A stretch of DNA of 63,454 nucleotides, the filler included, from Lenisia limosa (taxonomy: Eukaryota > Protista > Breviatea), in the NCBI GenBank assembly GCA_001655205.1. It is 20 parts of 20 records of this genome, joined end to end, with 100 filler letters (N's around TTAATTAATTAA, not from the genome) between each part and the next. Parts side by side here need not be neighbours in the genome. Positions count along the whole stretch, not along the records: positions 53,208 to 55,312 come from LPNZ01005396.1; positions 55,413 to 56,889 come from LPNZ01007141.1; positions 56,990 to 59,935 come from LPNZ01002417.1; positions 60,036 to 61,764 come from LPNZ01010515.1; positions 61,865 to 63,454 come from LPNZ01001990.1; 15 more parts are not named here. The stretch is one strand, 5' to 3'. A model generated the notes under the pieces. That model was not told where the DNA came from, did no database searches, and saw only the letters and a list, made by a program, of their open reading frames with translations. Both the position numbers and the translations under genes were made by a program. Shown piece after piece: positions 53,295 through 63,454 of the stretch (its first letter is position 1; each line of letters opens with the position of its first letter).

Positions 53295-53397
53295 ATATAT
53301 CTGTTTTGTTGCTATCAAAACCTCGTGTGTTGTCAGACAACAGAGTTGATTTGAGCTTTTTTGTTTTATCAATTTTCCTATTTTACCCCCCCCCCCC
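53295..53397 (+). mobile_element. Family A copy
   Basis: cctcgtgtgttgtcagacaacagagttgattttgagc...attttacccccccccc. Confidence 0.85.
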
Positions 53398-53443
53398 NNN
53401 NNNNNNNNNNNNNNNNNNNNNNNNNNNNNNNNNNNNNNNNNNN

Positions 53444-55312
53444 AACGTCCAACGCCAGCATTTCCATTGCCCAAGCCCCAACATCGTAGGCGTTTTACTG
53501 TTGCTGAAAGCTCCCTTTACTACGCTTTTACTGTTGATGAAAGCTCTTTTTACTACTCTTTGACTGTTGCTGCAACTTTTTAGTTTTTTGTTGTTTATAG
53601 CTTGTTTTTTGTTTTTGTAGTTTCGGATTATTTAGTTCGTGATGAGTACCTTTACGCCAATATTCTTCACCGAAATTTCCTCCTTTTTATGCCCTCCAGA
53701 GTTGATTTGGCCTCCTTTTTTTTTTACTCCTCCAACATTATTTTGGGCTTTTTGTTGATATATTTACCAATTTACCTATTTTATCAATTTACCGCCCAGA
53801 ACCATGGTCCCTGATTTGGAATTCCCGAAACCTCTCATCGTCACCTTTGACTGCGACAACGGCCTGGGTTGGGAGGGGAGGAGACTTTACACACACGGAA
53901 GGCACATTCACTAGCTATTTTAACTTGAAATTAGGAGGACCGTGCAATGACGCGTTCCTTAGTGCCACCAACACAGACCACTATATCTTCATCACCGTTG
54001 CTGGCGCATCCTGTAGGGGCAAACTTTTGGGGATATACAGTGACCAAGATAAGCCTTGACCGATTTGCTATGTGATTTCTTAATTACATATAAAATATTT
54101 TGCTTTTGAAAGCATGTACAATTGCAGCCTTCAACTATCTTTATCAAGAGCTTCACTTCGTTTCGAAAAGTACTGTTAAATATCGATAGTTTCCGAGGAT
54201 TTATCGAGAAATTTTGCCTATTTTCGAACCGAAGTGAAGCCCCACTTATCCCTCTGTGTATATTTTAGGGTTTTCCTACCGTACCAAAAATGTCTGAATT
54301 TCTCGATATATCCTCGAAATATCGGTATTTTGACGGTTTTATTTCTCTTGTTCACCCTTGTTTTAAATAATAATAAAAAGTTTGCATTAAATTTGAAATT
54401 GGGAGCATAAAGCGTCCTTAAACTCACACCAAAACAGCTCTATTAGACGAGGACACCGTCGCGATTGCTGGTATGGTAACTGGCAGTGAGAACTTTGAGT
54501 TCACTGATCTCAAATTTGCCTCTGACGTGCCCTCTGGTACTTATACCTTGGAGGTGGGGGGCGGGGGGTGTTGCACAAGCTCTGGGGAATTAATATTATA
54601 CTATAATCCAATATCTCTTATTGGCGTGATGGTGTGGACGGCTTCCGCCAGATACAATCTTGTTTTTTTTATTTCTCATCGCTTTGGGTAATTGGTATCT
54701 TCCTCCACCTCCGTGCATTTGGTATCTGAATGTTAAAAACAGAAGTGCTGCCATTTAGCTAGTCCACATTTTGGCAATTAATTTTAACAAAATAAATCAA
54801 TTGCACTGACCGTGATAAGTCCCTGTCAGGACTTATCACGGTCAGTGTATTATCAGATTTCCTCAGTTACTTTTATCCCTGTAACTCCCCCCTCACTTCC
54901 GAAGGTACGGTTCAGTGCAATGCCCAATAAAGTTTACCTGGAAACCACGGTCGTAGTGAAACGTAACGCCGATACCATTAATGACTTCAACGCCATGGAT
55001 ATCAGTGGGGGGGGGGTTGCTTTGTTTTATTTATTTATTATTATTAATATTAATATTATATTATTGTTTTTTTGTTTTTTGTTTTTGTTTTTGTGAGTGT
55101 GAGGAGGTATTGGAGATTATTAGGGGATAACACACTAGATGGTAGCCTTGTTGTCCTTACATTTAAAAACATCTTTAACACTTTTTATTTTAAAACATCC
55201 TTAACTCTCAAGATGACAGCGAGCAGCCTTGTTGTACATTTAAACATCCTTAACTCTCAAGATGATTCAACCAACCGCAACTTTATTGTCGGATACAACC
55301 ACATCTCCATGA
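53444..55312 (+). CDS. Hypothetical beta-rich extracellular protein fragment
   Basis: Exons PKPLIVTFDCDNGL; GPCNDAFLSATNTDHYIFITVAGAS; ...FEFTDLKFASDVPSGTYTLE; VYLETTVVVKRNADTINDFNAMDI|NDSTNRNFIVGYNH. Confidence 0.5.
54147..54243. mobile_element. MITE M1 (followed by a second partial copy at 54265-54330)
   Basis: agagcttcacttcgtttcg...ttcgaaccgaagtgaagccc. Confidence 0.8.
54565..54682 (+). mobile_element. Family C intronic repeat just after a 5' splice site
   Basis: ...aattaatattatactataatccaatatctc...gtggacggcttccgccagatacaatcttgttttttttatttctcat. Reverse-complement copies at ~13325, 13968-14090, 17296-17430, 18317-18358, 31716-31770, 33265-33345, 35480-35640 and 59914. Confidence 0.8.
54804..54847. 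mobile_element. MITE M2
   Basis: cactgaccgtgataagtccctgtcaggacttatcacggtcagtg|ta. Confidence 0.8.
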
Positions 55313-55523
55313 NNNNNNNNNNNNNNNNNNNNNNNNNNNNNNNNNNNNNNNNNNNNTTAATTAATTAANNNNNNNNNNNNNNNNNNNNNNNNNNNNNNNN
55401 NNNNNNNNNNNNTTAAATGTTTCGAGATTCTGGGAGATAAGAAGGCCATGCTCCCCCCCAGTAAAGTCGTGGCCATTTTTGAGGTTTTGGCTCCTAAAGG
55501 TGAGGGGCTAGGTGCATTATTTT

Positions 55524-55617
55524 TAGGGCTTCCCTACTTTCTCAAAAAAGACTGAATTTCTTCATAAATCCTCAATAAATATTCTAACAGTCTTTTTCGA
55601 ATGGTAGGGAAGACTTA
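55524..55617. mobile_element. MITE M1, CCTAC/GTAGG subfamily
   Basis: tagggcttccctac...gtagggaagactta. Confidence 0.8.
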
Positions 55618-57154
55618 ATATTTTGTAAACTAAGTAACACGTGTCAGTCTGATACTTACTGTTGTCTTTTTGCCATATTGTTGCAGGATCGGAATTGGTC
55701 TGGAAAAACAGTATCTTATCCCTCCCCCCCTTTTTTTTATTCTCTATTGCCCAGAATCACCTCCATTCACCTTTCAGAATCACGGCTGATAGACTTCAAC
55801 GCAAAGGACTTGGCACCTCAACTGGCCGGGATTGCGTGGGAGGGGGGGAAAAATGAGGAAATGAGAAATAAAGTCAGGTAGTATAGGTCTTCACTTTGGT
55901 TCGAGGATTTATCGAGAAATTCAGTTTTTTTCGAGCCAAAGTGAACCGTTAACTGTTTCATTTTCTGATCGATTTTTTATATATAGTATCTGATCTACGA
56001 TCCCCCCCTATTAGTCCTATAGTTAAAACATATCATGACTACCAAAATACCACATGATACAGTATTTACAATGTGCTCTTTATGAACCTTCTTTCCGGCA
56101 CGCTCTTTTTTGTTCCCCCTGGCTACTTCGACTGCAGCCTCAAGTGTATTCAGTCAGTGGAGGTTAAGAGAGGGTCGACGTGTGTGAGGTCGGCTGTTGA
56201 GCGATCTCGGAAACTCTACATGTAATGTAAACGAATGCAACCACAAACTTGGGGCAGAAGATCACAGACAGTTAGTTCCTCAGAGGACCAGCCTTGTCAA
56301 ATAGCCGAAAGCCGTCAACAAACAGCATTGGCATCATGAAGAAGGTTTTGAGCTGGTTGAACCTCTCCGACCGGTTGGCTTCCCTAGCTCAGGATGCATT
56401 GGTGGACCCATCCTGAATTCCCTCATTGACTGGGTCATGGTCACATCTGAAAGTACAAGACCCTTAAAGGGGTGAGTATAAACTCAAGACTCATAAAGTT
56501 TGCAAAAGTATCATATGAATTAAAATCTCAGAAATAGCTGAAACGATGCATCGATGGTTTAAAAAGCTCATTGACTTTAAATAGCTTGAATCTAAAAAGA
56601 AAATGTAACTAGAATCCGAAGGCGTTGATAACGGGACTTGAGAGGGATGGCTCGAGAATTGCATCCCCAAAAATAATTGTATTAAAAGGCCCCCATTATG
56701 TTACTCCTGTTTTACAAACTGTTTTTATTATGCCATGTTCATGATATGAGGATATGAGAGATGTACAATGTAACAAAAATATGTGACCGATAAAAACTCG
56801 CTGCTAGCCCCTCCCTTTGTTTTATCCCCTCCTCTTTTGTTTGGCTCACCCCCCAGGTTTTTTTTTGTTGTTGTTGGTTTGGAGCTTCANNNNNNNNNNN
56901 NNNNNNNNNNNNNNNNNNNNNNNNNNNNNNNNNTTAATTAATTAANNNNNNNNNNNNNNNNNNNNNNNNNNNNNNNNNNNNNNNNNNNNCGATATTGCAG
57001 GAACAAGGTAGGGGTGGGGTGATCGATATGAGCTTGTTGGAGGAAAGACTCAGTATCTGCTTACTTCTCATCTTTGATATATTTTAAGAAAAGATCCCCT
57101 TGTTATACAGGTATCGTCATTTCACTTTTATTGATGCTTGTTGCCACCATTTTT

Positions 57155-58230
57155 TCATTGCATAGTGTGTGCGAGGCTACGATTGTTATTGACGGAGTTT
57201 TGCCCGCCAGGGTGCCGAACGCTCGCCAAATTGTTGTTGATGGGTCTTCAAGAAGCAGTATGAAGAACCGAACCCCTGGAGGGCACTTTTGATACGTTTT
57301 GGATGTTGATATTCCCTTTTGTTGGTTTTTCTTACAATACAGGCTTCAACATGCCCCTGTCTTTGACAACAGGGCAAACCGTTGAGATTTTGTCTTCTTC
57401 TTCATACCTTCCAACACGCGTTCTTTTGAGTATAGTTCAGTTATCTGACTCAACTTCCCCTTTCAGTACGGAGTACTTTCGATATATTAAAATGGAGTGG
57501 AAATACTGATTATGTTCTTATTTATGAGACAAGTAAACCTTCATTGTATCATCAATGTAGCTCCCGTTTCCGAGGTAATTTCGGCCTACTGCAACAACAC
57601 TATCAGTGTCAGTGGAGCTGCGCGAGGAGGTTGCCATCCTGATGAGTGCGGGGGGTGCTTCAAGACTCTAAAAGTCACTCAAAGTGAAATTTTTACTTTT
57701 TACTTGACCTCCTTCCAGATACGGACATGTTGTAAGCCCTCACTACAACACCAATACCGGGATTATCACAGTTCCTCGGTCCGGCACGTATCTTGTGTCT
57801 GCTCGCTATGACGGCTGCACGTGGGGGATGGGCTATCCTCTCAGCTAATTGTATACAGCTGCTGATTTCTATTGCCGATGTGTAATACCAACCTTTTTTT
57901 TTCTTTCAATTAATCAAGTATTACATGTTTGTTATTGCTTGTTTTTTGTTTTTTGTTTGTTTGGAGTTTCAGATTATTGGTTTCGTGATTAGTACCTTTA
58001 CACCAATATTCTTCATCGAAATTTCCTTCGTTTTACTCCCCCCCCCCCCCNNNNNNNNNNNNNNNNNNNNNNNNNNNNNNNNNNNNNNNNNNNNNNNNNN
58101 NNNNNNNNNNNNNNNNNNNNNNNNNNNNNNNNNNNNNNNNNNAGTTCTGAGATAAATGATGAGCGCGCTTCGATATCTGAAGGTTTGTTTGCAATGGTTG
58201 ACCTTTTTAGCCCTCACAGCTCTATTTTAG
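57155..58230 (+). CDS. Hypothetical extracellular protein fragment with a C1q-like motif
   Basis: Exons VCEATIVIDGVLP...; GFNMPLSLTTGQTVEIL; YGHVVSPHYNTNTGIITVPRSGTYLVSARYDGC. Confidence 0.45.
57925..58050 (+). mobile_element. Family B intronic repeat (poly-C end like family A)
   Basis: tgtttgttattgcttg...ggagtttcagattattggtttcgtgattagtacctttacaccaatattcttcatcgaaatttccttcgttttactcccc. Other copies at 5722-5824 (reverse), 45175-45250, 46877-46915 and 53600-53690. Confidence 0.8.
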
Positions 58231-58240
58231 TCAATATATA

Positions 58241-58282
58241 CAGTGACCGGGATAAATCTGTCAAGACTTATCCCGGTCACTG
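58241..58282. mobile_element. MITE M2 (Tc1/mariner-like TIR CAGTGACC, TA-flanked), minimal 42-bp copy
   Basis: ta|cagtgaccgggataaatctgtcaagacttatcccggtcactg|ta. Other copies at 21468-21546, 42528-42601, 43728-43803, 50090-50165 and 54804-54847; halves at 1740, 41857, 44097 and 54039. Confidence 0.85.
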
Positions 58283-60470
58283 TATGTACACACATGTACA
58301 TACGTGGTCAATCTTGAGTTATATTCCTGAAAGGAAATCTGGTTTTATCAGTCAAAGCCTAAACCCGAGTGTATTGAGATTTGTTGGTCAGATATCATTC
58401 AAGTTGATACAAGGTATTGTAGTACTGCGTGGAAAATGATTCTACCTTGTGTCCTACAGGTTTTTTTTTGTTTGTTTTTTTTGAAGTACTTTTCTCATCA
58501 TTATTCATCAAAAAATGACAACATCCTTGATAATTTCGAGGGATCTTCACCTAGTATTGCCTTTTAGACTTTAACAAGAAATTGCTAAAACAACAGGGAG
58601 GGGGGGGGGGGCNNNNNNNNNNNNNNNNNNNNNNNNNNNNNNNNNNNNNNNNNNNNNNNNNNNNNNNNNNNNNNNNNNNNNNNNNNNNNNNNNNNNNNNN
58701 NNNNNNNNNNNNNNNNNNNNNNNNNNNNNNNNNNNNNNNNNNNNNNNNNNNNNNNNNNNNNNNNNNNNNNNNNNNNNNNNNNNNNAAATCTTCTTGTAGC
58801 CAAACCCAAAAAATGTAGAAACTCTGTGGGGAAATTGATTTTAACTCAAACCAAAACCCAAGAGGCGAATGTTTTTTTATATATATATTCCTCAAGATGC
58901 TCTCGGGAATGGTCAGGAGTAGGACTCGTTTAATATTGCTCGGCTAAAGCCGCTGTTCTTCCTCTTTTCTTTCTTCACCATATTCCTACCCTGAACATAA
59001 CCAAACTTGTCTCACCACCATATTCCCTTGGGACTTGTAGCCCAAGTGTTTAATATAATTTTGTTGTACTTGGTGTATATATCATGGCAGCACGACTTTA
59101 GTATTTATTATTTAACAAAACAGAAACTATTCCGTTCTCTACCAGCGTAATGTACCTTGAAAAGGATATGCTCTTCTATATTCAAGGTTTGTTGATGTAG
59201 TAGTACTCCTTGTGAATTTGAACATTTTCCCCCTCTTCTGCACTATGAAGCAAAATCTTTGTCATTTGTTTTTGGTTTTTGTCTTAGACAACATATTTTT
59301 GTTGAGTGATGGACGAATTGACCATGAAGGACACACTTCTGTCTGCCAGGCACCCACAATATTGACTCTTGCACTTCTTCACCCCGATAGCGACTATATT
59401 GGTATGCTGCAGTTGAGAGAATATTTACGTTGCTCTTGGGTATTTTCTCTTCTCTTTGTTCTTCAGCTTTGCATACAGGAATCTTATTTTTGTAACGCTT
59501 GTGTGTAGGGCTGAGGTTCTGATTAATTTTGACGGAAGTGAAGCCTTGTTTTTTTTTACATCGCTTGTCCACTTCCCTACTACCGTCTTCAGTTTTCTCA
59601 TCATATAGCTTTCAAAGGAGAGTATATTGAGTCACCAGACTTCTTTGAAGCTGGGACGGAAACGGGCTTTAAGAAAGTCAAAATACCAAGAGAAAGAAGA
59701 CCGTTGGTTGTATTTTTGAATCTATTCTTTGATCTTCGATTTGAACACAAATTCTCAAGAATAACCTTGCTTCCATAAAGGGTCATCGTCGTATATGATA
59801 TGTATGACATATATATATCATATGTAGGTTTGGTGAAAAGGCAACTTCAAATATATAGCTATACTATATAGTATGATAATCATATGTATGTATGTAATTA
59901 TAAAATGCATGTATAGCAATGAGAAATAAAAAATANNNNNNNNNNNNNNNNNNNNNNNNNNNNNNNNNNNNNNNNNNNNTTAATTAATTAANNNNNNNNN
60001 NNNNNNNNNNNNNNNNNNNNNNNNNNNNNNNNNNNTACGACATCCTATGTATATGATATGTAGATGGTGGTGAAAGACGTAGGAAATTCAATTATAACGA
60101 GGAAATTTTGAAGATCAGCATCATAACCATTACCCTTTACACGTTACACAACTTTCACATATGAACAACAACGTCATCATTACAAACATTCTAAAATAGT
60201 ATTATATTGTCACCATCACCACCACCACCACAACCATCTTCATCATCATTACCACAACCATCATCATCATCCCCCCCCCCCCCCNNNNNNNNNNNNNNNN
60301 NNNNNNNNNNNNNNNNNNNNNNNNNNNNNNNNNNNNNNNNNNNNNNNNNNNNNNNNNNNNNNNNNNNNNNNNNNNNNNNNNNNNNNNNNNNNNNNNNNNN
60401 NNNNNNNNNNNNNNNNNNGATCCTCAAGAACGCTGCGAGTGTTAGAGAGCAGTAGCAGTGGGGGTATTAG

Positions 60471-60570
60471 AAGGGCTTCCCTACTGTCTGAATAAGATCG
60501 TTAAAAACTCGATATTTATCGAGGATTTATCGAGAAATTCAGTCTTTTTTGGGAGAGTAGGGAAGCCTTA
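60471..60570. mobile_element. MITE M1, CCTAC/GTAGG subfamily
   Basis: aagggcttccctactg...gagtagggaagcctta. Confidence 0.8.
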
Positions 60571-60669
60571 GGTATTAGAGTATAAGTGTGGGGATTTGAG
60601 TTTATATGTAACTCCAAGAGAAAAGTAGCATTGGAGCATTTGTGTACAAAACGAATATTGATCTATACG

Positions 60670-60750
60670 AATCCCCCACGAAATAGGGCAGTCCATGGCG
60701 GCAGCTGTGAGGGCTGTTAAGCCTTCGGAAGAGACATTATTAATGAGATC
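60670..60750 (-). CDS. Possible ankyrin-repeat exon
   Basis: ccccccag|DLINNVSSEGLTALTAAAMDCPISWG resembles IN..D..G.TAL..AA. Confidence 0.3.
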
Positions 60751-61013
60751 CTGGGGGGGAGAGGGGTGAAATACAGTTTTTGACATGTTTAAATACCAAT
60801 ATTCTAACCTTTGAAGCAGAGTGGGGGGGGGGGGGATAAAATNNNNNNNNNNNNNNNNNNNNNNNNNNNNNNNNNNNNNNNNNNNNNNNNNNNNNNNNNN
60901 NNNNNNNNNNNNNNNNNNNNNNNNNNNNNNNNNNNNNNNNNNNNNNNNNNNNNNNNNNNNNNNNNNNNNNNNNNNNNNNGGCAGTAAAAATGGAAAATTC
61001 ATGAAGCAAAACT

Positions 61014-61106
61014 TGGGCTTCCTTCGGTTCGAAAAAAGACCGGTTATAGTTTTCGAGGATTTATCGAGAAATTCAGTCTCTTTTCGAGAGCCGAAGTGAA
61101 ACCCTA
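61014..61106. mobile_element. MITE M1 abutting a family A remnant
   Basis: tgggcttccttcggttcg...ccgaagtgaaacccta. Confidence 0.8.
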
Positions 61107-61358
61107 AGCAAAACTTAAAACAGAACGGCTATAGAGACTCTTTGAGCGGGAAATTTGACCAAAAAATGATGAGAATCAACACCCACCTTAGGAGGGGAGG
61201 CCACGGGTCGGGGTGATGAGGGGGCTGGAATGTGAGATGCCAAAGCAGGTATAAGTTTAACTCCGTGTAGTTAATTTGTTGAAGGAATAATTGACACAAT
61301 TTGGCTGCGTGGGTATAGTACTATCATTGTATTACATAGGTGAGAAGAGTATTGTAAA

Positions 61359-61460
61359 TAGAACTTCACTTCGGTGTTCGAAAAAAGACTGAAATTCTCG
61401 ATAAATCCTCGAAAACTATCGATATTTTACGGGTATTTTTCGAACCGAAGTGAAGCCCTA
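61359..61460. mobile_element. MITE M1
   Basis: tagaacttcacttcgg...cgaaccgaagtgaagcccta. Confidence 0.85.
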
Positions 61461-63454
61461 ATTGTAGAGCTATATTATGTACCTATGATATCCCTTTGAA
61501 CATATCACATTTTTCTCCCTAGTTATTGTCATTTACCACGCAGTGATATGATACCGCAAATCCACTCCTGATAATTGACAGACAAATCACTCTGATAAAC
61601 TCGAGATGAACCCTCGCGCTATCTTCCTTCACCATTTCGAATTGAAGGTCGATCATATGATCGATTATATCACTAGTGGATATGCTCCACATTCCTTCAC
61701 CCACACCCCCTCGTGGGCTTTTATTTTTGTTTCATAAATTTTGCAATTTTACCCCCCCCCCCCCNNNNNNNNNNNNNNNNNNNNNNNNNNNNNNNNNNNN
61801 NNNNNNNNTTAATTAATTAANNNNNNNNNNNNNNNNNNNNNNNNNNNNNNNNNNNNNNNNNNNNCTTTCCCCTTTTCTTTCTTTCCTTTCTTTTCCTTTT
61901 GTACTACATATTGGCGTTACAGTGTAGGAACGCAATGAAGGTATCGCAAACTTGCCTCACGCAACTCGTGATACTCTACACCAGGCTAGCAGAGGTGGGA
62001 GGGGGGTGAGGAATAATTTTGGGCTCGTTAAACGATGCTTATTGTAGTTAAAATGGAATAATTGGGTATGAAAACGGTCATTATCGATCAATCTATTCGG
62101 GTTTTTTATCTCTTGTTTACGCACAGGCTCTGTATTGCAAAATACTGTGTTAACGGGGCTCCGAACTACCTTTTTGGATTCTTAACTGCTCAACTGTAGT
62201 GATATTACAACAATAAACTGTCCCCATCGTAAGACCTTACGATCAGAGACTATTACGAGGCCAATCCTTCTGGGTTGACTCTTTTTCAAACCTTACTAAG
62301 TACCTAGGTTGTTGACAAGTACTACAGTGACTGTCCCTTCAGCCGATCAATGCTTCAGGTTTGTCTGACTCTCTTTACAAATTTGTCAGAATAAATGAGC
62401 ATAATTAGCCCTCCCCTTTTTATCTCAGGGTCACAGTATTTTACTAAATTTTCCAATTTTACCTCCCCCTCCCTCTCTCTCTCTCCTGTAGTTTTGTTCT
62501 TGTGTGTGCCTTTTCACCCCGGCCTTGTGAGCGTTATTCTGTTTTCACAACTTCTGTCTTATGTATTTACTGCCTAACAGGGTTTTTCTCTCTCGTAAAT
62601 ACTCTATTCACGATTTAGGCTTTTTTTTGTTTTAAATATTATCCAATTTTACTCCCCCAACAGGTTCAACACCTTGTTTACGAAGTCAAGTCCCTGCAAA
62701 GAGACCTCTCAGAAATGCTGAGGAAGAAGTAGCTGTGTATTATTTATTCTGATTTTATTTTTCGCAAGTTCATTACGTGAACCCGTATCCTAATTTTTGA
62801 CAAGCCAAAATCTATCCCCTGAAAATCCGAGTTATAAATCGTTTAGTATGATGCTGGACGGCTTGGTCTTCTGATTTGTTGCGTTATAATCCTCTTGCTT
62901 GCTTGCCCTATTCTGAACCACCAGAGGTTCACAGCTTCGCGACCTGGGGTGGCGAAGAGGATTTAGTTCAGAGGCTTGCCTCCAAAAGTGGCCAATGGTA
63001 CAATCCCTGTACGCAACCAAAAATGCTGATTTTTTTTTGTTATTTTTTTTTTCCTCATTTTTGTGTTGATAATTTGAGACAACCAAGCTGCACAATTGCC
63101 AAATATTTGTGGTCGTCCAACCCTATTAAAGAACTATGGAGAAGGGTACTTTCTGATTCAGACAGTATAAAATACAAAAGTACATTACATTAAAGAAACA
63201 AAATAACCTGCATTCTACTTAAGCCTGGATTTGTGACCAGGCCGCGGCTGAAACCCGGTCTAAATATTATTAAAAAAACAATAGGAAAAATGAAATATCC
63301 TGACACAATTGGTATGAGAAACACAAAAAGCAATAAAACCATACTCAAAAACAAAGCGCATATATATAACCTTCCCCCCTCCCCCCGGCCACTTTGAAGT
63401 TGGAAATGGCGTGTCTGGCTGAGGACGGCACTGTACTTCCTGGTCGCGAGGCTG

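Noticed and set aside
59795-59910. (ATATG/GATAT)n tracts seen in many introns as a repeat family
   Set aside because: They are low-complexity with no conserved boundaries.

Overview
This is eukaryotic, intron-rich nuclear DNA (GT-AG introns, standard code), probably from a free-living protist; amoeboid is an inference from gene content only. It is a draft assembly: 19 artificial N44-TTAATTAATTAA-N44 spacers join 20 short contigs, and genes traced to a spacer (DHX37, RPF2) do not visibly continue across it. Most ORF-track entries are spurious. Recognisable spliced genes are F-actin capping protein alpha, RPB8, RPF2, DHX37, a COMM-domain protein, two class III nucleotidyl cyclase-like genes (one degenerate), a CEP104-like TOG fragment, a trypsin-like peptidase, a multi-pass membrane protein and several Cys-rich or beta-rich extracellular proteins. 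The most striking signal is non-coding. (1) Introns are built from shared repeat modules: a ~150 bp family A and a related family B end in a poly-C tract that often supplies the 3' splice site, and a family C lies in host-sense orientation, often just after the 5' splice site. This is introner-like. (2) At least eight short tandem duplications sit on or right at splice sites. (3) Two tiny TA-flanked palindromic MITE families are very abundant (about 30 and 10 copies). All assignments are by eye, with no database search.
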